A stretch of 64,000 bases of DNA from Atractiella rhizophila. Lineage: Eukaryota. Made by a program: the position numbers and the translations under genes. The DNA lies in contig MU271200.1 in NCBI GenBank assembly GCA_021432655.1, forward strand, positions 52,159-116,158, given 5' to 3'. Under the pieces are notes generated by a model. The model was not told where the DNA came from. It saw nothing but the letters and a program-made list of their open reading frames with translations, and searched no databases. Shown piece after piece: positions 38,892 through 51,896 of this stretch. Positions within the stretch are counted from its first letter, which is position 1. Each line of letters begins with the position of its first letter.

Positions 38892-40715
38892 GGCTAGCTT
38901 TGTGTGCAAGTTTTGCGCGGTTTGGCGTTTGTTGGAGTGAAGTTGTTGACTTTGCCTGACGATAGAATGTTGCCATGAAGGTGACTTTTATACTTGCCGC
39001 TTAGGGAACGCATTATGGTCATAACACGAATGTTCAACTGGTACATCAAAGGACAATAATTTTCAAGCTTCTTTCCGGATAGTCATGAGGGGATCGAGCG
39101 AGATTCCGAAAGGAAGGAGACAAGGCTGACTGATCAGTGGCCTGAGATGACTGAGATGACTGATTGATCCCCTTAATGACTTGGATCTTGGTTGGATATT
39201 GCGCTTCCAAGCCAAGCAATCAACTTTCAAATATTTGACAACTGTTGATCTTTCGCTTGTCCGAACGAAGCCTTGAAACAGCCCCTTATGTTCCCATTGA
39301 GCTGAATATTTTCCTGTACTGTAAATGAGCAAGACCCTGCGGGCAGCAGCGGTACGGCGGACCTCGCACGCACGCGAGGGCATGTGTGATCCTTAAATCA
39401 AAACAGATGCTTCCAAATGCTTACAACGCGCACTTTTGATATGCAGCATGTCAATGACGAAAGGAGCCGAATAACATTTATGGCTTGATGTTTCTCACCA
39501 AAGGGAGATGATATGGCTGCGCTCGCTCAGGCTGTACATTCTTCTTCCCCGTAAGTGTGAGCAGAAGCAGCACCAGCAGCCATATATTCTGCTTTGAGCA
39601 TCGTTCCATCTCAGAAAGGCCAGATATGTGTTCTTTCCTTGAAGGATCATTCTGAGAGCTCTTTCATTTCTGGAAACTGCTGGGAAAAGGCGGCGGAAAA
39701 ACCCTACATGCTGCAGTCGACCTACATATACTTCTATGATGAAGTCGTGAGAAAGATGTATTTCATGTGTTTGGATGTGGTCTCCTTTCCTTGCCTCTTC
39801 CACTTCAGGTAAACGAAAAATGATTCCCTTCGATCAGATATCAGAAGCACGTTCATCATGGTTCGTGGTTTGTCGTTGTGAGCCATGCGTCAAACCAAAC
39901 CATTTGAAGATGGCACATGTGAAAATAGATAGATTTGACCCTCGTTAGACAAACCTCGCAATATGAAGCCGATGGATGGCGGATAATCAGACGGAGGACA
40001 GTTCAAGATATTTTGCTCATTTGATGCTTTCATTATTTTCCATTTCCCTCCTCTGCCGAGGATCACTACTTACCCAAGCTGGCGTGGTGATGGCCTCACC
40101 AACTGCAACATCGGAAATGAGTCGACCCTATTGACCACACTTATCAAGGAAACTGTACCTAGTAGTACCGATAGATGTGGGGCGATGCCAGACGAGTTTA
40201 GTTTGGATCAAATGGTATTCTGTAGGAAATGGAGATACCAACTTGGAGAGGGATTTTCATAGGGACGCTTTCGGGCTATCTGCTGTTTCTTTCCGTTTCC
40301 TTCAACCTGTAATAATAGAGTCAGTGATCCTTCCGATGGCGAGAGACCGTGTGCTTGCCCTTGATAAAACTTTTCATCCATTTTCGCTGACGAACTGTGA
40401 GAAGAAGAATGCTATCATTTAATCCTCCTCCTGGTGAAATTGGAATCCGCGTCAAAGCTGCTTGCAAGTTTGTAACCCAAATTTCTTAAGGATGCAACAG
40501 GGCCGTGCATATATAGTCCACGGCTGTAGTACCTTGCGGCGCCGCGAGGATGATGCAGAACCGTTTCTTCTCGCCGGTATCGCAGACAGAACGTGGAAAC
40601 CAACCACAAGATAATGGGCATCCGGACAATGACATTGCATCACATTTACGTGCGACAAAACAAAATTTCAAGACACTCCCCTTTTCTCTTCACAGTGAGC
40701 ATGGTCCTTTATGAC

Positions 40716-41244
40716 TTAAGTAGGTGGAGCGTCCCTGATGGCAACCTCGACATTGTGACCTAACCCTGCTCAGCTTGATGGAGCCGAAAGCAGAATACAC
40801 ACCATCGGGGTCCTTGACGAAAGCACCGTAGTAACCAGGCCCATAGGCACGAGGACCAGGTTTTCCTTGTTGATCTTTGAGCTTGCGCAATTCTGTTTTA
40901 GACCAATGAACCAGGAACTAACCGTTATCCTCTCCCCCAGCCTTCACAGCCGCGCTGTGAAACGCATCAACGGCGCTCTTGTCCTGCCCTCTGAAAGCGT
41001 AGTGAGCTCCAGCGGATACCTTGGATGCATCTTCAGCGAGCCAGAAGTCGGCTACGCCATGTGCAGCTGTTCCTGGCTCAGTTGCTGTGCACGTCAAGGC
41101 AAAGAGTCGCGGACCTAATCCAACCCTTTTCATCTCATCAAGGCGCAGATATAGTTTGTATCCAATGGGTGCGAGAGCTTCGAGGTAGAACTTCTCGGAA
41201 GCAGCAAGATTTTTGACGTAGATCAAAATGTGATCGAGAGGCAT
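40716..41244 (-). CDS. Glyoxalase/VOC-family protein, copy B
   Basis: DHILIYV...ADFWL...AHYAF...VDAFHSAAVKAGGEDNG|KPGPR...YYGAFVKDPDG|HNVEV. Four exons. Confidence 0.9.
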
Positions 41245-42341
41245 GTCAAGCGCTGTCTGAACGTTTTATGGAAGCTGAGCTGCAGTAGGAGAATTTTCCA
41301 AGTAGACTTTGCCTTGAGGCAGAATACCTATCTTGAGGGTTGCTTTTATACCCTCGCTGCCTGTGAGCATTTCATCTGCTAATCCACGAAGGTGAAATGA
41401 CTTAGGGTACGTGGCGGAACAAGGATAACATCTGGAGTTTCCTCCCGGATAGCAGGATCCCGAAGGGAGAGCGTCCAATGATGACTGATTGAACGTAATG
41501 CGTGAATTTCCCTTCTATGTACGCGATGACCGGGACATTTACATGGTCAACTGGCACTATAGTAAAAAGTGTTGTTCGCCGTTGGCCTCCGAGGATGGGA
41601 AGAAGTCCATCATGAGCGAAACCTTCCGTTTAAGGCTTCCGACGGGCAACGAGCCCGTCCCCTGCGAGGTGCCAGGGAGACAATGGAAACTTGTCATGCA
41701 AAACAGGTGGTCAAATTACCAAAGGTACTCTCAAGCAGGTTTCGTCCATATGACGAATTGACTTAAGAGCACTTCAGAGCACTTCAGAGCATGTCAAAGT
41801 TGGTATTCAAACAGTTCCCACTTGTAGACGTGAAGGTGGAGAAAGAAAGAAGAGGTGATAATCATGATATTGATGTTAGCTGTGCTTGATGTTTTCTCTT
41901 TTTCACATTCAGGACGGAGAGAAGAAGAATATGAAAGAGGCCGTATGTTCTCTTAAAACCAGTTTAAACAAATATTACGTATCATTCCATGTCGGGATCC
42001 GCAAAAAGTCAACGCATAACCAGTAACTGAAAGGTGAGAGCGTGTAATACACCCATAATCGATTATTAACAGTGATGTTGCTCAGAACGTTCTTTCTGCT
42101 CCATTGCTGTAGACGAGGCAAAAGGCTTGCTTCTGGTGCAAATGTGAAATCCCTGCGACGTGTTAACAGCATAGTTTATGGTTGTCTTTTTGAGAGGCAT
42201 GATGCATGATGCATGCACCACAGAGCCACTGCATTGCGTGATGGACGTTGTGACAATTACAAGACAGGAATCTCGACAAGTATCTCCAGTCATTCGCTCT
42301 CTCCTTCATTTTCCTCCTTCGTCGATTATCCTGATGTTTGA

Positions 42342-42904
42342 TCATGCTGATGGGGGATCCCTGATCATAACCTCCACATTGTGACCTGTTCTTTGCTTAG
42401 ATTGTTGGAGCCAAAACGACACTGCATACCATCGAGATCTTTGACAAAGGCAGCATAATAACCAGGTCCATACCAGTCGCGAGGACCAGGTTTTCCTTGA
42501 TGCGTGTCTTTTAGCTTTCATGATGCTCCTGAGAATTACAGGATGAATGGACTGACCATTACACTCTCCTCCAGCCTTCACTGCTGCCGCGTGAAACGCT
42601 TGGACTGCGGTTTGATCCTTTCCTTTGAAAGCGAACTCAGCACCTGTCGATATTTTGTCTGCAGCTTCGGCGATCCAGAAGTCGGGTCCACCATCTGGTG
42701 CAGCTGTTCATGGTTCTTAGCAAACTTATACATGGTCTGGCTGGAGGGATGGAGACAAAGTTAGGATAACGAACCAAACCCAATCACTTTATGCTCGTCG
42801 TAGCGCATGAACACTTTATATCCTATCGGCGCGAGAGCTTCAAGGTAGAACTTCTCGGAAGCTCCGAGATCTTTCACGTAAATAGAAATGTGGTCGAGTG
42901 GCAT
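42342..42904 (-). CDS. Glyoxalase/VOC-family protein, copy C
   Basis: Same four-exon structure: DHISIYV...PDFWI...AEFAF...YYAAFVKDLDG|HNVEV. Confidence 0.88.
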
Positions 42905-43405
42905 GTCGCGCTTGTATTCCCAGGTCTGAGTGAGGATGGTCTCTGTTGTGAGATGGGTCAGGCAGAAAGTCGCCCAAAGCTTTGTCTTTTATATTGCTGG
43001 CACTGCTGGGACGCGCTTTCGCGTTATCCATCCCCGCAACGCGACGCGAAATGACTTTGGTACGTGAGAGGGTATGTTCCAGGATAATCCAGAGCCTGGC
43101 TGCCAAGGGTATGACTCGCATTCTTGGAACATCCATGTTCACTTTGTTCCCCGAGGTTTCAACCATCTTCTCAACGAGTCCTTCACGAATTGTTCAGTTC
43201 AACCGTACACAGCGATCATGTACCAATTTACCAATTTATGTGGAGTGTTAATGCCGTCTGTCGCCTCCGAGCTCCCTTCTCAATCTGCGAGTCATTGACG
43301 CGTTTGAACCTTTCTTTCTTCAAGTTGCTGCTACAGCCACCTGGAGGGGTTGGCGGCTCGGACCGGCCATATTACCTTGAGGCAAAATCCCATCTCATTA
43401 CAGTT

Positions 43406-46130
43406 CTAAATTGCAACATCAGTTGATGGCAGCGTCACGATCGAGCCTTTGAATCTCTCCATCATTCGTTCCGTCCTCTCTCTCATGCCCCTACTGCCAG
43501 TCTCCGTCTCTCCTTCCATGATCTCTCGAAGAAGCATCGTGGCATACGTCCCGTTTCCCAACCCAAACTCTAGCTGGACTGCCCAGTTGTCGCCGACATT
43601 CCTCACGTCAAAAGGGACGCCTTCAAGCTTGTCATGATCGCTCTGGGCCAGGTCTTCGTCCGGCGATTCATACCGGATCAGACGGTGCGAAACGTTCGAA
43701 GGACGCTGGACCAGGTAACGGTATGATCCAGGGACGGAATATTCTCTATTCCCTCGATGAGGAATGAGGCGCTTGTTATGTGAGAGGCAAAAAATAGACA
43801 AACCGGACTGGCCGACGCATGTTGTCCATATCTAAGTCGTCAATGGACATAATCTCCTTATATACCTCTCGAGTTGGGCCAGTTGGGTACTCTATTGCCC
43901 AACCAGGCATGGGGAGAATGACATCTTGAATGGTGTGCTTGTCCACGTCTCCTTCTTCTAGTGCTGCTCAAATCGCAATGTCAGCAAAAGCATCCTCTGA
44001 ACGACAGAGGCGTACTTCGAACTGGAGGCATCTTCAATTCTTTCTTGCCTTTCCGCTCCACCTCTTCTCCTTCAATTTCCGCCGCATCACCTATTGATTC
44101 CAGCACCAAATCTCCCACCATGGGCTTGACGCCATACTTCCTCACCCGTTCTGACGCGACGTTGTTCCAGACATAGGACTGATAGGAGTGGACATACATT
44201 GTCCTCAAATTCTTTGGAATCTGTACCAATCCATGTCATCAACGAGCTCACCATCAAACACATTAGGCAAAGAAAAGCACAAAAAAAAGAACACACAGCA
44301 GCCAAAGCACTAGACCAATTTCCCGGATCCTTCTTCAAGCTTTCCAGTACTTTCTTCTCAGCGACGGCTCTGGAGGGCATGCTCTCCCAAGCCTCCTTGA
44401 TCTTCCCTTCAGAGTAAAGAACCCGCGCAAAGGCGATATCTTGGGGTTCCTCGTGAGTTCTTGGATCAAGCACCAGCGCACAGGCTTCACGCCATTTTGA
44501 CTGGAGTAACAGATGCCCCATTCGATGCGTGGGAACAGTCGATGTGCCGAATCGTTGTAGCCCTGTTAAAATTGGGCTACATATTATCTGCCAATGTAGT
44601 TAAAGGGCAGGTGTCGTACCAAAATAGTTTATGAATCCTGTGGAAGCAAGATGCTCGATGTTGCGGGACACCTGTTCTTGTGAGTCGAACTTCACGTCCC
44701 TGTCACAGCGATGATCAGGTAAGTGTTCAGTAAAGAACAAACAAAAATGGACATACCTAAGGGTGATACAAAATCTATTGCCCTGCCCGCTAGCCAAATC
44801 AAGTTCCTTGTTACTCCATTCGATGTCGCCGATGACTAACTCCCTGCCTCCACTGTCCATCTTCTCCCCACTCTCTTTCATCCGTTTCCAAACAGCTTGC
44901 AGACCCCCAGACCACCTGGCGCGCTTGACATCCATGCAAACCCGTTGAACCGTCACACCACGCTTATCTTTCGTTCCGGCCACGGACAGAGCCTGGTGTG
45001 GAACTCTGAGGATCCGAGAGATGAGCTGAAGCGAGTCATGCGTCTCTCGATTCGTCTTATGCAATGTAAAATGGATGTAAGGTAGCGTCGTCGCGGTTGC
45101 ATAGCGAAGGTGCTTTTTGCCTGAACGCAAAGCAATCAATTCGCATGAGCCCAAAAGAGAGGAAACAGATAGAATAAGCATGTATGGTCTGAAATTTAAT
45201 GCCTTCTCTTGGATTCCTTATAATAGCGAAGACACAGGTAAGAGGACCATTGAATAATGTAGCGTCATTGGATTGCGAGCTGTCTGTGGAACGGAAGACA
45301 TCCCGCCTTTAATCGACGCAAGCTCTTGCACTTAGGCACAAAAAAAACTGAGCACACACCTTTAGGATCGTCTTTCCAAAAGACAAGGATGCTTAATCCC
45401 AGTTCTTCTCCTTGTGAATCCTTTCCGGGCTCCTTTTCGGCCTCGCTCGCCAACTTTCCCTCGAAGCACTGCTTTACAGCTTTATGAAAAGCTGTCCGTT
45501 GCTCTTTCGATTTCATCGGCTATCCCAAAGTTCAACAAATCAATTTCTCGTTCAACAAGCGTAGATGTCAGAAGTATACCGGAGACTTGAAGTTCTTAAG
45601 CGTTGAGACATCCTTCAACATCTTCTCCTTTAAATTTGCAGGCTTTGGTGGCGGCCCCTCTAGCACAAACTCTTTCAGCTCCTCCAACTTTTCCACACCT
45701 AGAAAGTCCTCGAAAGCCTCCGACAAATTCTCCTCCCAACGATCAAATATCCATTTATCCTGTACACATTAACGAATGGAAAAAGGTTAGCAATTATTCA
45801 CTTCTGGAGGAGACAGACACACGCCTCCACTGCTCCTTCTCCATCGACCTCACTCTTCTCCACAGGTTCTTTCACATACTCCAATCGCACCACCTCCCCC
45901 TTCCTCTTTGTCCCAATCTCCCAAACAAGAAAATCGGTGAATCGGTGTTTCAAAATGCCGTTTTTGATGCTCCTCACGCCTTCTGGAGAAGAGGAGGTAG
46001 AAGAGGTGTAAGCTGTAATTCCAACGCTCGCGTTTGATGGATAGGTAAGTGGTTGAAGAGCTAAAGGAACTGTAGATGAGAGTTTGGGCCGCTTCGAAGG
46101 AGGGGCCTGTGCACTGGACGTTGAAGACAT
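43406..46130 (-). CDS. PUS7: Pseudouridine synthase Pus7 (TruD family), multi-exon
   Basis: GILKHRFTDFLVWEI, AGTKDKRGVTVQ, GNRFCITLR, GFINYFG|LQRFG, YVHSYQSYVWN, PGSYR and GTYATMLLRE. 3' end approximate. Confidence 0.95.
45178..45320 (-). ncRNA. Box H/ACA snoRNA inside a PUS7 intron (45121-45359)
   Basis: Hairpin, H box ACAUUA (45255-45260), hairpin, ACA (45181-45183). Both hairpins have internal pockets 14 and 15 nt from their boxes. Confidence 0.8.
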
Positions 46131-46359
46131 GCTGCTCCTGGTACTTTGGGACAAGTGCCGGCAGAGACAAGCGCCAGGATTGCGCATGTACTGAATCTTT
46201 GGGATGGAATAAGGATTTTTGAGGTCAGGTGATTTAGTGCTGTGGTAATTTGCCACCTTAGTGTAATCCAAGTCAACTTAAGCGAAACGCGGTTGACGAT
46301 AAAACCTCAAACGTGCAGCTTGCTTATTTCCCCAGCTACTCATCGCAAAGCAAGAACTC

Positions 46360-48895
46360 ATGTCAGGACCTGGGAACGCACCAAATACTCGAGGGCGAGG
46401 CTCTACTCACCGTGGCAGAGGACGTCGCGGACGAAACTTTGGCGGTCAGCTTACCAATGGGAATGCGCCAAAGCCACATCAAAGCAATAGTCTAGCACCT
46501 CGAACACAGGAAAAAGCGGATACAGAAGCTGTCGCGAATGTTGAAGAGAAAGGTAAAGGCGCCGAAGACGGTGGGAAAGACGAGGATGACCTTTGCTTTA
46601 TCTGTGCCGAACCGATCAAATTCTATGCTCTTGGTCCTTGCTCCCATAGAACCTGCCATGTTTGCGCTATCCGACTTCGAGCACTTTACAAGAAAACGGA
46701 ATGCACTTTTTGCAAGGTTCCGATTTTTCGCCCACGTTTGTTCTGCCTGCTGATATCGGGGTGGAATTGTAGGATCCAATTGATCGAGTGATATTTACTT
46801 CGGATCCCTCCTCTCCATACCAATCTTTCAATCCTGCCAACTTGCCCTTCTCCGATGTCAAACTCGGTATCTCTTTTGAAACACAAGAGATGCTGGATGA
46901 GACTCTCTCCCTTTTAAGATTCAATTGTCCGGATGATCAATGTGGCGACATCTGTCATGGTTGGGTGGATTTGAAGCGGCACGTTCGACAAAAACACGGG
47001 AAGATGATGTGGTTCGTCCAATCATCCCGCTACAACATGAAACCTGTTCTGAAGGTTTTTGCATTGGTGCAGCGAACTGTGCACGCGAAACAAGAAGATT
47101 TTTGCTCACGAACACACCCTCTTCACGGCTCAACAACTCTCATCGCACAATCGAATCGGCGATTCACCTTCCAACTCACAAGGTTTTCGAGGCCATCCCC
47201 CCTGCGAATTTTGCCAAATCGACTTCTATGACAACGACGCACTCTTCGCACACTGTCGGGACATGCATGAACAATGCTTTATCTGCGTCAAGAATGGGAC
47301 TGGGACGTGGAAGTATTTTCTTGACTATAATATGCTTGAAGAACATTTCAGAGAAGAGCATCACCCTTGCCCCAACCCAGATTGTAGGGATAAGAAATTC
47401 GTCGTCTTTGAAAACGAGCTTGATCTTAAAGGCCATATCCTGGACGTCCATGGAATTGGAGATAAAAAGGAAATGAAGGATCTTAGACGAGTCGAAGTCG
47501 CATTCACATATGGAAGGGAGGGTGAAGCCAGCGGAAGTGGCAATGGTGCTTCCGGATCAGGAACTGGCGGAAGGAGAGGAAGGGGCAGGGCAGACAGAAG
47601 GGAGGAAATTCAGGTCCCAGCTGAACCGCTGGGGAGAGAGGGCAGGCATGTCCCCGGTCTTGGGAACAGGCAGAAGAGCTTCAGAGGCAACTTGTCGCAG
47701 GAGAATCCCGAAGCTTCTACTGGCAACTCTGCAGACCCCCTGGCTGGAGATGTTTTAGAGTGAGCGTTGTCCGCTCCATCGCGCGAACGACACATAGCTA
47801 AATGTTGGGCGGTAGGCAACATGGTGCATTTCTCAGAAGATTTTCAGAAATAACAGGAAATTCAGAAACAAAATTGAGTGCCTTCAAATCTGCCGGTTCG
47901 TCAGTCTCCTCCTTTTGTCGATATTAACTCACAAATGTGTTCCAGTCCGGTCGTTTCGGAACAGCGAGATCCCCGCGTCTGACTTAGTAGACACAGTTTT
48001 CAACCTGTTGGACCGTCAACATGAAGCCGCCGAGTCGACGATTTTTGGCTTAGCAGATTTGTTAGACAACGATGAAAAGAGAGTGGACGTACGAAATGCT
48101 TGGAGGGAGTTTCGGAATGTTGTATGCTCACTCACTTTTTCCATATCCAGGAAGCAGGCGTCTAACCTCTGTCACTAGCATTACTCCTTCCCTGCCTTAC
48201 CGGGGTCTTCTTCAGCTGGCCCAGTGCCTCCTCCATCGTCTTCAGCTCAAAGGACCGACTTCCCAGCCTTGACAGCCATCGCTCCTGTCGCAAATGGACA
48301 GCCAGCCAATGTCGCCTCTTTGCGCAACATGAGTTTACCTCGATATTCTCGTTCAGGAGCACAATCTTCTGTCCTAGCACGAGTGGAGCAAGCCGCAAAA
48401 TCTTCTCGCGCGGTCCCAGGCATGTCAGGGTTTAAGAGCAACTTTCCCTCCCTATCTGGTACCTCTACGCCCATCCCTTCAACCTCGAAAGCACCAATAT
48501 GGAAGACGACACCGGTGAACGCTGTGCCGACGTCTCTACCATCCTCGTCCCGTCCACAACCAACCAGGGAACCGCATGTCACACCAGCGAGCGGGAAAGG
48601 GCCACAGTTCTCGCTGAAAACCAAAGACGCGTTCCCCAGTTTACCGAGTAGCAATAACGATCGCCAAGCGAGGTTGAAGGCAGCACTGGGTCCCCCAGAC
48701 GCAGACATCACTACACCTTTCCCTCCAGATAAGCCTTCCGGACTTAGTAGTTGGGGTGCCTCAACTGCGAAGGCGACGCCTAGAGATCCTCCTCCTCTTC
48801 CTCAGCCGCCACCGCCCGGGACACAAGAGAAGGATGGTGGGGGTGGAAAGAAGGGGAAGAAGAAACAAGTCTTGCTGTATCATCGTGGGTTGTAA
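46360..48895 (+). CDS. HEL2: RING E3 ubiquitin ligase Hel2/ZNF598 (ribosome quality control)
   Basis: CFICAEPI...CSHRTCHVCAIRLRALYKKTECTFCK, C2H2 fingers (GFRGHPPCEFC...), FPxL motifs and a C-terminal KKGKKKQVL. Confidence 0.93.
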
Positions 48896-49310
48896 GGAAA
48901 GTGCAAGAACACGTCGGCAATAATGCGTTTCCCCTTATGAAGGTACATGCACGATCAATGAAAGAGATGACTCAGTGTCTTTGCCTTCAAGTTTGAAGTC
49001 AAATGTATTTTTGATCGCAACTCCTGTCCAGGCGCAGCAGAAATAGGCTTCGGAGTTTAATCGTAATTAACTGAAACCGAATTGACCGAAACAACAGGAG
49101 GAAGCTTATCAAGTTGTAACCTCCTCAAAAAGGATATGGTGAGTCCAGTCGACAGCAGGACTTGATTACGCAGCTATACTCCAGTTAAAGTGCTTAAGGT
49201 ACACTATTTGCAGTTTCTGTCTCCTCTTCAGTCATGGCTGTGCAGTTGTTCGTTGGCGCCAGATGGAGCGACTAGATTGTGGATATTGACAATTTGCTTC
49301 GGCAGAGACG

Positions 49311-51626
49311 ATGATCCCAACTTGCTCAGTATGTCAGGATCACCACACACCGCCATTTCAAGAATTTCAAGGAACTATCTGCACCTCTTGTGCAGCAGAG
49401 AATCTACCTTGTTCAGTATCGGTCACCAGAAGCCATACAGATACTGATCCGGCGCGGAGACGGTTCGCTCTTCTTAGTACTTTGCCTCTATTTCGAATCA
49501 ACGCGTTACTGGCGAAAGGTGGAACCTCAAACAACTCTCACAAGGACCATACAGCTCATCGAAGGATTTGTATGCTGACATTTCGAAAATTCGGAAGAAT
49601 GAAAGAAGTAATGATGGGAAGAGGAAGCGAGGGGACAAGTACTCAGTTTTTCGGTCTCGTCGTCATCTGTAAGCAGACATGACTAGCTGCTCAATACAAT
49701 TTATCGCATGACTTTGTGACAGGAAGGAAACTAACTGCGACCGGGAAGACCAAATTTTACGAACTATCCAACTGAACGATTCATCTCTCAATTCCCGATT
49801 AGGACGCTATCACCTTTCTCAAAGCTTGGGGGACCATTTGTTGGCCTGTTCGTAATTCTATCGTGTTTTGGTTCACCCGTTCACTGAAGCAAATTCTAGT
49901 GGGAATGGGATATGCTGGCGTCGTCCTCGCTGGAGCCACTAACTACGGCTTGCCTTCTTCTTACACATCTTATCAAGCATTCAGGTCAGAAGACAATCCA
50001 AAAGAACTCTCAGACCTGGTTGAGGTACTTTATTCCGCCCAGAATTCACCTTGTTGATGCGAAGGGACTAGATTTGGGTTTCGTACGCGTTGATGCTTGG
50101 CGTGCGATGGACATATCACTCCGCAAGCAAAGATTTTTTAATCCTGCCTCCTGGCTAAGATGTGGACAGGCCATCCTTGGAACGCATTACTTACCGGAGC
50201 TTCCCAAGCAGACACTCTTAGACGAGCCCCTGGACCTTCGCCAGCAAGGCTATGCTCGATATGATATCTGGATGCGTTTGATGCAACGATCCGTCCATCT
50301 CGCCATCTCACCAGAATCCCCATTACTTCTCCGTTCTGACCAGAACTCTCTTTCTGTGCTATTCAGCATGATCAGTTCCACAAATAGGCTTCAACCGGGT
50401 CTTGGAAAGCAACTGCTTCGAGTTGCCTGGGTTATATTTATGAAGATTTGGGCTCGAAGAACACTAGAAGACGAGAGTGGACTCTTGGACAGTTTCAAGT
50501 TTATCTACGTGAGTTTATTGTCTTCCACATTTACATCATGAGTTATTGGAACCTAGATTTACGATGTTTCCATCCATACAACGCTCAATGAGATACCGCT
50601 TCTGTGAGAAATTTACTCGACACATTGTGTTGCTAATCCTCTTTAGAACGGACAACCAAATACGTAACACTTTGCTAGACACAAAGGAAGAAGTAGGGTT
50701 ATACCTTGACCCGACATTCCTCTTTATACATAAGGAGAGATTAGAAGCCTCCCTTCCGGAGATCGACGACATGCCACAGTGGTGTCTACGGCGTCACATC
50801 GCCTTTGCCCGTTAGTCCCGCGCAGTATTCTTCAGCCTTGTGGGTGACTGTTTTCTAGGCGACAGGATAATGCGACGTTCCCTGAGTTCAGAAGAGGCAC
50901 AAGATGTCTGTCTCAAGATAATGAGGATAGGCACCATGTTTCGGCTTTACAGAGAAGAGGATTTCCAGCCAATTCCTCAACCTGAAGAAATCAGAGACCG
51001 TGAAGCCCCTATCTTCACACGTCCTACCGGGGATGAAGAGTTTTACGTGTCCGTCTTCACCCAGGCTGGAGAAACCAGGAACGTACTCTTGACAGCTGGT
51101 CTCCTTACGAGTTGTCGAGAGGTTTTCCCCGAGAATGGAGCCTTTGAAGAGATGATAGGAACATGGAAACTCGCTTGTGATCGCCAGGTCCACCTGATTT
51201 GCGATTTGCTCGCCATTCTGCTTGACAGGAACGAGAAGCTACCACGTTCCCTACTAGAGGAAAGCTTCAGTGCGAGAATGGCAACTTTGTTTGCTAGTGC
51301 ATTGGAGTACAGCAACGTATACTCGCTACTTGACTGGTCTAATCGATTTCCCGAGAGGAAACCACTGATACAGCGGTGTGTCCTCACCGTTCTGCTTCTG
51401 CCATACGCTGACCGCCGTTTCAATGTTCCATAGCTGCGTGAAGGTTTTGAAACATACATCCTTTCTTCAAAAAGATACGGCGGACCAAGTAACGACGTTC
51501 GAAGCCGAAGCTGAGGCAACGAGCACCGATTGCGTCTTCTCACAGGAACTTCGAAGCCCTTCCCCCTCAATCTGGGACTTCTCTACTACTCTTGGTACGA
51601 TGATTGCAAGTGAGATATATTTATGA
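49311..51626 (+). CDS. Zn-cluster-like regulator, paralogue of 30844-33145 (third Cys lost)
   Basis: CSVCQDHHTPPF...CTSC-x6-C. Shared blocks SLGDHLL, LPSSYTSYQ, DLRQQGYAR, LYLDP, QKDTAD and DFSTT. Confidence 0.7.
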
Positions 51627-51896
51627 TAGGTAGTGATGTGACTTGTTGTGCAGAATCTGTGCTGATTAATATTTTGGGTTTCGTTTCTTGATTGTGGTGT
51701 ATAAGTTGTCAAAGAGTACATCGCTGGAAAAACTGTACACAGCGCACTTTGTCGTGATTCGTTTCCCTAGAGTAGTTCCACTAACGGAGGAATGGTGTCG
51801 AATTGTTTCCAATCGACTGTAGTCACTACCGTCAACGATAGGCCCATCCATGAAGGAGAGCGCTGTGTTGACGAAAGATCCACGACAACGGAGGCG

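Noticed and set aside
39000..40650. Short ORFs in the spacer between glyoxalase copies A and B
   Set aside because: No terminal repeats, transposase motifs or coherent gene model.
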